Positions 56,809-64,000 of a DNA stretch of 64,000 bases are shown in pieces. Both the position numbers and the translations under genes were made by a program. Under the pieces are notes generated by a model. It saw nothing but the letters and a program-made list of their open reading frames with translations. It did not search any database and was not told where the DNA came from. Each line of letters begins with the position of its first letter. The first letter of the stretch is position 1. Origin of the DNA: a candidate division FCPU426 bacterium (GTDB lineage Bacteria > Oederibacteriota > Muellerivitia > Muellerivitales > Muellerivitaceae); NCBI GenBank assembly GCA_963719085.1, contig CAVRAL010000004.1:288001-352000 (forward strand), in the 5' to 3' direction.

Positions 56809-58382
56809 GGTGGCTCCAGGTTTTTTTCCCGGACCTGCCGAAGCAGGCGCGGAAGAATCGGTAATAGATCGGTGGCCAATAATCCATCCGGGCCAAGCCT
56901 TCGGCTGGCTTTTTCGCCGGCCAAACCATGCAGGTAAACTCCCGTGGAGGCGGCGTCAAAAGCCGAAAGGCCTTGGGCCAAAAGTCCGCCCAAGATTCCG
57001 GATAAAATATCCCCCGTGCCGCCCGTGGCCAATCCCCGGTTTCCCGTAGGATTCACGCGCGCGTCGCCTTGAGGGCTGGCAATCACCGTGTGCCGTCCTT
57101 TTAAGACAGCCACCGCATTATACTCAGCGGCGATTTGCCGCGCAACTTTAAGCCGGTTTTGTTCGACCTCGGCGATCGTGGTTTTCATCAGCCGGGCCGC
57201 CTCTCCCGGATGCGGCGTGAGGATGACTGGAACCTGGAGGGCGCGCAGCGCCTTTAAAAGACCCTCCTGCGAGCTCAAAAGATTAAGCGCGTCCGCGTCC
57301 AGCACGAGAGAAGCCGTCAAGTGCGGCAGGATTTGCTGAAACAATTGGCCGGTTTCCTCGTGGCGGCCCAAACCGGGCCCGATCACCAGCGCCTTGGCCT
57401 TGGCCGCCAGCTCCAGGATCCGATCTCCGGCTTTGAAAGAAATAAATCCTCCCCGAACCTCCGCCACCGGCGCGGTCATGCACTCGGTGAGCTTCGCGGC
57501 CAGGATGATATTTAAACTCTCCGCGCAAGCCACCGTCACCAGCCCCGCGCCGATCCGCTGCGCCCCCCAAGCCGCGAGCGCCGCCGCCCCCGTAAGTCCG
57601 GTGGAACCAGCCACGACCAAAACCCGGCCCCGGGTCCCTTTATTGATGTTGTCGTCATAACGGGGGAGCGATTTTCGAACCATGGCGGGATCGGTCATTT
57701 CCACTTTTAAAAAATCCGCGCGCAAAAGTTCTTTCGGTAGTCCCAAATCGTTGACGCTCACTTCCCCGGTATAAGCCGCCGCCGCAGGGGTGTAAAAGCC
57801 AACCTTGGAGAGGCCCAGGGTTACGGTCCACCGGGCTTTCACCGCCTCGCCCAAGGGAACGCCTTGATCGACGGAAAATCCCGAAGGCGTGTCCAGGGCC
57901 AGCACCGGCTTGTTCAAATCATTCATCAATGAAATAAGATCTCGCGTTAGTCCTTCGGCCGGCCGGCTCAATCCGGTCCCCAGCAAAGCGTCGATGAGAA
58001 AATCGCGTTTTCCCAGGGCCGTCCGGGCTAACCGCAGACCGTCTTTCTGATCGACGGCCATGATCGAAACCTTCTCGGCCTTGGCCTTTTGGTATTGGGC
58101 GGCGGCTTCTTTTCCCAGGGCTTGGGGGCCTTGGGCTAAAACCACCATCACGTCGATTTTCATTCTTTTCAAAAGCCGGGCCGCCGCCAACCCGTCACCC
58201 CCGTTGTTGCCTTTTCCGCAAATGACTCCGATCTTTTTTCGGGAGAGCGTCCCCGCCTTCGCCAATAGCGCTTGAACCGCCGCCTCGCCGGCCCTTTGCA
58301 TGAGTTGGGAGGCCGGCAAATTAAACTTTTCGGCCGCCAAGGCGTCGATTTTTTTCAGGTCCTGGGAAAAAGCGAGTTTCAC
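56757..58382 (-). CDS. nnr: Bifunctional NAD(P)H-hydrate epimerase/dehydratase
   Basis: GKGNNGGDG, DALLGTG, DTPSG, GPGLG, DADAL, TPHPGE, GGTGD. Confidence 0.95.
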   Translation of the reverse strand: MKLAFSQDLKKIDALAAEKFNLPASQLMQRAGEAAVQALLAKAGTLSRKKIGVICGKGNNGGDGLAAARLLKRMKIDVMVVLAQGPQALGKEAAAQYQKAKAEKVSIMAVDQKDGLRLARTALGKRDFLIDALLGTGLSRPAEGLTRDLISLMNDLNKPVLALDTPSGFSVDQGVPLGEAVKARWTVTLGLSKVGFYTPAAAAYTGEVSVNDLGLPKELLRADFLKVEMTDPAMVRKSLPRYDDNINKGTRGRVLVVAGSTGLTGAAALAAWGAQRIGAGLVTVACAESLNIILAAKLTECMTAPVAEVRGGFISFKAGDRILELAAKAKALVIGPGLGRHEETGQLFQQILPHLTASLVLDADALNLLSSQEGLLKALRALQVPVILTPHPGEAARLMKTTIAEVEQNRLKVARQIAAEYNAVAVLKGRHTVIASPQGDARVNPTGNRGLATGGTGDILSGILGGLLAQGLSAFDAASTGVYLHGLAGEKASRRLGPDGLLATDLLPILPRLLRQVREKNLEPPCPSTPHSKPNGKRSSN

Positions 58383-58400
58383 GTCATCCGCTCCTCAAAA

Positions 58401-59906
58401 CTAACGGTGGATTTGGTATAGCACGCTTTGGAAATTTTGGGTTTGAAACCGAAAACCCGTGGCCGCCACCCGGTTCTGAACCGAAGGGTCCGCCATGACA
58501 TCGGTTAAAAGGGGCACGACCCAGCTCGGGTTGGTATAAAGAATTTCAGCGTCATGCTTGTCTTTGAGGGTCTGGTCCACGAAACCCAGCCGGGGCGTGT
58601 AAAAAGAGTGAAGCAAAAGATAATCCCCCGCCTGGGGATTAAAGGGCAAAACCAAAAGCTTGACCGGTCGCCCCGCCCAATATTGGGTCTTGGGGAGCTC
58701 ATCCGAATAAATCACCGCGTTGGGCGGGAGGGTTTTCAAAAACTCCCCGGACCGCCGGATGTCCCCAAAGGAATCGGTCTGGTAAGCGATGACCAGCATG
58801 GAAAAGAGGACTTGATATAAAATCCCGAAGGTCAAAAGACCGTTTTTGAGGACCATGGCCCTAAAATCGCCCCTCTTTTTTTTCCATTCCAAAAAGAGGG
58901 TTTCCAATTCGTACCCGGCGCCGACCAGAAAAAGCGGCAGGAAAATTAAAAGATACCGGTCCTGATAAGCCGTGGGGATCAGCCGGGTAATTAAAAGAAG
59001 AAAACAAACCGGGAATAAAATCCTGCGCCAAGCCCGTCCTTCCGGGACCTTCATCCAGCTCATCCGCCAAAGCCCCCCCAAAGCCAGCAAAAATAAAAGG
59101 GGCGTGAAAACATAGGCCGGTTGGGTCATGTAAGCGTAAAGATGTTCCGCTAAATTGCCCAGAGGGTTCCCCAAATGGCCGAGCCCCGCGCTCAATCCCA
59201 ATCCTTCCCGGTAAGCCCAAAGAAGGGTCATCAAATGCGGCGCCAAAAAAATAACCGGCACGGCCCAAACCAAAAGAAGCAGCAGCGGGTTTTTAAATTC
59301 CACCCGGTTTCGAAGGTGCCATCCGGTCCCGAGCAGCCAAGGCAAAAGTAAAAATCCCTCGGGCCGAACCATCGCCGCGCCCGCGCCCCATAAGCTAGCC
59401 TCGACCCAGGCCTTTTCATCTTTTTCGGTATAGGCCGCGCAAAGCCTTTCCAGGCAAGCCCAAAAACAAAGCAACAGCCAGGTATCGGCCATCACCCGAA
59501 GCGACCATTGCCAAAGCAGGGGCGAAAAAAGCGCCATCAGGCAAACCATGCCCGTCATTTCCACCGACATCCAACGGCGGGCCAGCCGCCAAAGAGGCCA
59601 AAGAAAAGCGAGTCCCGCCAAGGCCGCTAAAAGCCGTCCCCAAAGAATCTCATTCAGCCCCAAACGCTGGCCGATCCAAATGAGCATGGGATATCCGGGC
59701 AAAAGGACAAAACGGGGAGTGTCCACCCGCTGGGGCGAGAAATAAGTCAGGTTGAGGATTCCATCGGTATTTTCGGTGGCGTTGTTGGCGAGCAGGGAAA
59801 GCCGGGTGGCCAATCCCAGGACAAGTAAAAAGCTGAACCAGATCCAACCCATTTGCCGATCGGTGAAAACCCGCGGTTTATAAGGCAAAGCCTTTTGAGC
59901 GGCCAT
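58401..59906 (-). CDS. GT-C (PMT/ArnT-like) integral membrane glycosyltransferase
   Basis: Many TM segments, PGYP, RPEG, RY.L.FLP. Confidence 0.65.
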   Translation of the reverse strand: MAAQKALPYKPRVFTDRQMGWIWFSFLLVLGLATRLSLLANNATENTDGILNLTYFSPQRVDTPRFVLLPGYPMLIWIGQRLGLNEILWGRLLAALAGLAFLWPLWRLARRWMSVEMTGMVCLMALFSPLLWQWSLRVMADTWLLLCFWACLERLCAAYTEKDEKAWVEASLWGAGAAMVRPEGFLLLPWLLGTGWHLRNRVEFKNPLLLLLVWAVPVIFLAPHLMTLLWAYREGLGLSAGLGHLGNPLGNLAEHLYAYMTQPAYVFTPLLFLLALGGLWRMSWMKVPEGRAWRRILFPVCFLLLITRLIPTAYQDRYLLIFLPLFLVGAGYELETLFLEWKKKRGDFRAMVLKNGLLTFGILYQVLFSMLVIAYQTDSFGDIRRSGEFLKTLPPNAVIYSDELPKTQYWAGRPVKLLVLPFNPQAGDYLLLHSFYTPRLGFVDQTLKDKHDAEILYTNPSWVVPLLTDVMADPSVQNRVAATGFRFQTQNFQSVLYQIHR

Positions 59907-60287
59907 TTAATTTTTCTCCAGGAGGATGGTCGCCGTGGCGTCCCTTTTACTGTGCGCGATGGAAAGATGGACCGCGTTGATCCCGCGCTCCAAGCGGAGC
60001 TTTTCCAAAATCCCCGTGAGCCGGATCGTGGGCTTCCCGCTCATTTCCCGCACCACCTCGATCTGAACCCATTTCCAGCGCCCCCCAAACCCGTGGCTGA
60101 AAGATTTGATCACCGCCTCTTTGGCGGCAAAACGTCCCGCTAAGGAAGGATAGGGGTCTTTTTTCTTCAGGCAATAGGCGGCTTCTTGCGGCGTAAAAAG
60201 TCTTTTAATAAACCGGTCCCCGTGTTTTTCATGGGCCGCCCTGACGCGGTCAATCTCAATTAAATCCACGCCGGTTCCGACAATCAT
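59907..60287 (-). CDS. acpS: Holo-ACP synthase
   Basis: GTGVDLIEIDR, AGRFAAKEA, SGKP, SIAH. Confidence 0.96.
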   Translation of the reverse strand: MIVGTGVDLIEIDRVRAAHEKHGDRFIKRLFTPQEAAYCLKKKDPYPSLAGRFAAKEAVIKSFSHGFGGRWKWVQIEVVREMSGKPTIRLTGILEKLRLERGINAVHLSIAHSKRDATATILLEKN

Positions 60288-60359
60288 TTTAGGCCTTTGG
60301 GGGGTTGTAGGTGCGGACTTGATTTTACCGCCCTTCGCTCGGAGAAAACAATCAAACCT

Positions 60360-60680
60360 TCAAATTCGGATGAAAACTTTTCCGTTCTCGATCTTCGTCT
60401 CGTAGGTTTTCACCTTCTCATCGGAGATGCCGTCCACAATTCGCCCCGTGGTGAAGTTGTAGGACCAATGATGCAGGGGACAAACGACCGTCTGCCCTTT
60501 CAAGGTCCCCAGCCCCAGAGACCCGCCCAAATGGGTGCAGGCGTTGTCGAGGGCGTAAGCGCGGAAGTTGGAATAAATGAGCGCGATTTTACGGCCCGAA
60601 AGCTCCACCACCATCATTCGATTTTGGGAAAGTTCTTGTTCAGAAGCGGCTTCCTGGAATTCAGGGGAGGGGGAATCCAT
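60360..60680 (-). CDS. Rieske 2Fe-2S ferredoxin
   Basis: CTH ... CPLH. Confidence 0.9.
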   Translation of the reverse strand: MDSPSPEFQEAASEQELSQNRMMVVELSGRKIALIYSNFRAYALDNACTHLGGSLGLGTLKGQTVVCPLHHWSYNFTTGRIVDGISDEKVKTYETKIENGKVFIRI

Positions 60681-60689
60681 TCGCGCCTT

Positions 60690-61109
60690 TTACTGGGAGG
60701 GACCCTTTGATTTTTTCACCGTCGCCAAACGGGCTTGGGCCCGGGCCAGGATCGCCCGAGCGGCGTCTTTCTCCACCGGGTCCTTACTCTTAGCGATTTT
60801 TTCCTGCGCCTTTTTGCGGGCCTTTTCCTCTTGCTCCACGTTGATTTCTTCCACGGGCTCAAATTCCTCGGCCAGAACCGTGGTGGAAGCGGGCGTCACC
60901 TCGATAAAGCCGCCGGACACGAAATAAAATTTCCGCGCTTGCCCTTGGGCCACCAAAAAAGCGCCGGGCTTCAAGATGGAGATCAAGGGCTCGTGCCGGG
61001 CTAAAACCCCGAATTCGCCCGCCGCGCCCGGAACCGTGATAAAAGAAACTTCCTCGGAAAAAATTTCCCGCTCCGGTACGACCACTTCTAATTTAAAAAA
61101 TTTGGCCAT
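60690..61109 (-). CDS. atpC: ATP synthase epsilon subunit
   Basis: GEFGVLARH, VSGGFIEV; follows atpD. Confidence 0.95.
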   Translation of the reverse strand: MAKFFKLEVVVPEREIFSEEVSFITVPGAAGEFGVLARHEPLISILKPGAFLVAQGQARKFYFVSGGFIEVTPASTTVLAEEFEPVEEINVEQEEKARKKAQEKIAKSKDPVEKDAARAILARAQARLATVKKSKGPSQ

Positions 61110-61117
61110 CGCGCGTC

Positions 61118-62653
<1,536 letters not shown>

Positions 62654-62678
62654 AAAAAAAATTAGCTTCTTTTCGTTT

Positions 62679-63560
62679 CTATTTTAAAGCTTCCGCGCCG
62701 CCCACGATCTCCGCCAGTTCCTTGGTGATCATGGCCTGCCGGGCCCGGTTAAATTCCAACGTCAGCCGTCCGATCATCTCGGAGGCGTTCTTCGTGGCCG
62801 ATTCCATGGCGGTCCGTTTGGCGCCCATCTCGGAAGCGAAACTTTCTAAAAGCATCCGCCGCACACGGGAAAACAAATATTGGGACAAAAGCGAGTCCAA
62901 GATCGCCTCTTCCTCCGGCTCAAATAAATAACTCCCGGCCAGGGGCTTTTCATGACCGGCCTTCAAGGCCCGATCGCTTCCCGCGACCTCATCCCATTTC
63001 AAGGGCAAGAGGGTTTCTTGCTTCACCTTCTGGCTCATCACGCCCTTGAATTCGGTATAGATGGCCGTGACGGACTTGATGTCCTCGTGCACATAAAGCG
63101 AGGAGACCGCGTCCCGAATCTGGGCGATGGTCTCGAGCGAAACATCCGGGAAAATTTGGATCCATTCCTGCCGCAGGTCCGCGTGACGGCGGCGGAAAAA
63201 ATCGCGCCCTTTCTTACCCACCACCAAAAGCGAGGATTCGGGGTTTTCTTTCAAAAAAATCTGCGCCCGGCGCAATACATTGCTGTTAAAGCTTCCGCAA
63301 AGTCCCCGGTCCGCCGTTATGACCAGAAGCACGGTTTTGCCTTCGGGCCGCACCTTTAAGAGCGGATGGCTTCCCCCGTTGACTCCCGCCGCCACCCGGC
63401 GGATGACTTCCGTCATCCGGTCCGAATAGGGCCGGGCGTTCAAGATGCGCTGTTGGGCGCGTTTGAGCCTGGCCGAAGCCACCATCTTCATGGCCTTGGT
63501 AATCTGGTGGATGCTGGAAGCGCTCTTGAGGCGCCGTTTAATTTCCCGGATATGCGCCAT
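62679..63560 (-). CDS. atpG: ATP synthase gamma subunit
   Basis: QITKAMKMV, DRGLCGSFN, RQAMITKELAEIVGGA. Confidence 0.98.
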   Translation of the reverse strand: MAHIREIKRRLKSASSIHQITKAMKMVASARLKRAQQRILNARPYSDRMTEVIRRVAAGVNGGSHPLLKVRPEGKTVLLVITADRGLCGSFNSNVLRRAQIFLKENPESSLLVVGKKGRDFFRRRHADLRQEWIQIFPDVSLETIAQIRDAVSSLYVHEDIKSVTAIYTEFKGVMSQKVKQETLLPLKWDEVAGSDRALKAGHEKPLAGSYLFEPEEEAILDSLLSQYLFSRVRRMLLESFASEMGAKRTAMESATKNASEMIGRLTLEFNRARQAMITKELAEIVGGAEALK

Positions 63561-63563
63561 GGT

Positions 63564-64000
63564 TTACTTTTTAAATTCCCTCATGAATTCGCCGATCGCC
63601 GCCACGAGCTTGTTTTTATTCTCATCGGTTAAATCTTTTTTCTCGCGGATTTCAGTGAGGATCCCCGGATGTTTGGCCTTCAAATGGGCCAAAAGCCCGG
63701 CCTCAAAGGGCTTCACCTGTTCCACCGTCAGGTCGTCCAGATAGCCGTTGGTTCCGGCAAAAAGCGAGGCGACCTGGTCTTCCATGACCATGGGGGAATA
63801 TTGGGGTTGTTTCAAAAGTTCCACCATCCGCGCGCCCCGGTTGAGCTGGGCCATGGACACTTTATCCAGTTCCGCGCCGAACTGAGCGAAAGCCGCCAAT
63901 TCGTTATATTGGGCGATATCGAGCCGCAGCTTGCCCGCCACCTTTTTGGTGGCCTTGGTCTGGGCGTTGCCGCCCACGCGGGACACCGAGATGCCCACAT
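63564..64000 (-). CDS. atpA: ATP synthase alpha subunit (3' part; truncated by the window edge)
   Basis: [27 protein letters not shown]. Confidence 0.97.
   Translation of the reverse strand, partial: VGISVSRVGGNAQTKATKKVAGKLRLDIAQYNELAAFAQFGAELDKVSMAQLNRGARMVELLKQPQYSPMVMEDQVASLFAGTNGYLDDLTVEQVKPFEAGLLAHLKAKHPGILTEIREKKDLTDENKNKLVAAIGEFMREFKK

Overview
This is a GC-rich bacterial chromosomal segment from a diderm, judged by its TonB/ExbBD genes and outer-membrane barrel proteins; the taxon cannot be assigned from sequence alone. Almost all genes lie on the minus strand. Housekeeping genes include atpA'GDC, acpS, nnr, parAB, polA, mnmA with a cysteine desulfurase, an rlmI-like methyltransferase, chdC, rpsB-tsf-pyrH-frr-uppS-cdsA, mtaB and rpsU, plus envelope glycosylation genes. 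No rRNA, tRNA, CRISPR array or transposase was seen. The main non-routine signals are: (1) a plus-strand metal-uptake island (35.8-43.9 kb) in which two paralogous 95-aa leader ORFs (signal/TM, HHH, CxxC, then GRSPP exactly 45 residues after the second Cys; DUF2946/CruR-like arrest peptides) each head a transport operon behind matching promoters; (2) an arsenic-type operon (NIP-like aquaporin plus ArsC) led by a MerR-family protein with two vicinal Cys pairs and a zntA-like 20-bp-spacer promoter, instead of ArsR; (3) at least 11 intergenic palindromes built from 9-10 bp periodic units; (4) tandem ECF sigma/NrsF pairs with GTAAC promoters; (5) a 38-codon ORF that duplicates the N-terminus of the downstream epimerase; (6) a galactokinase homologue with altered active-site motifs.
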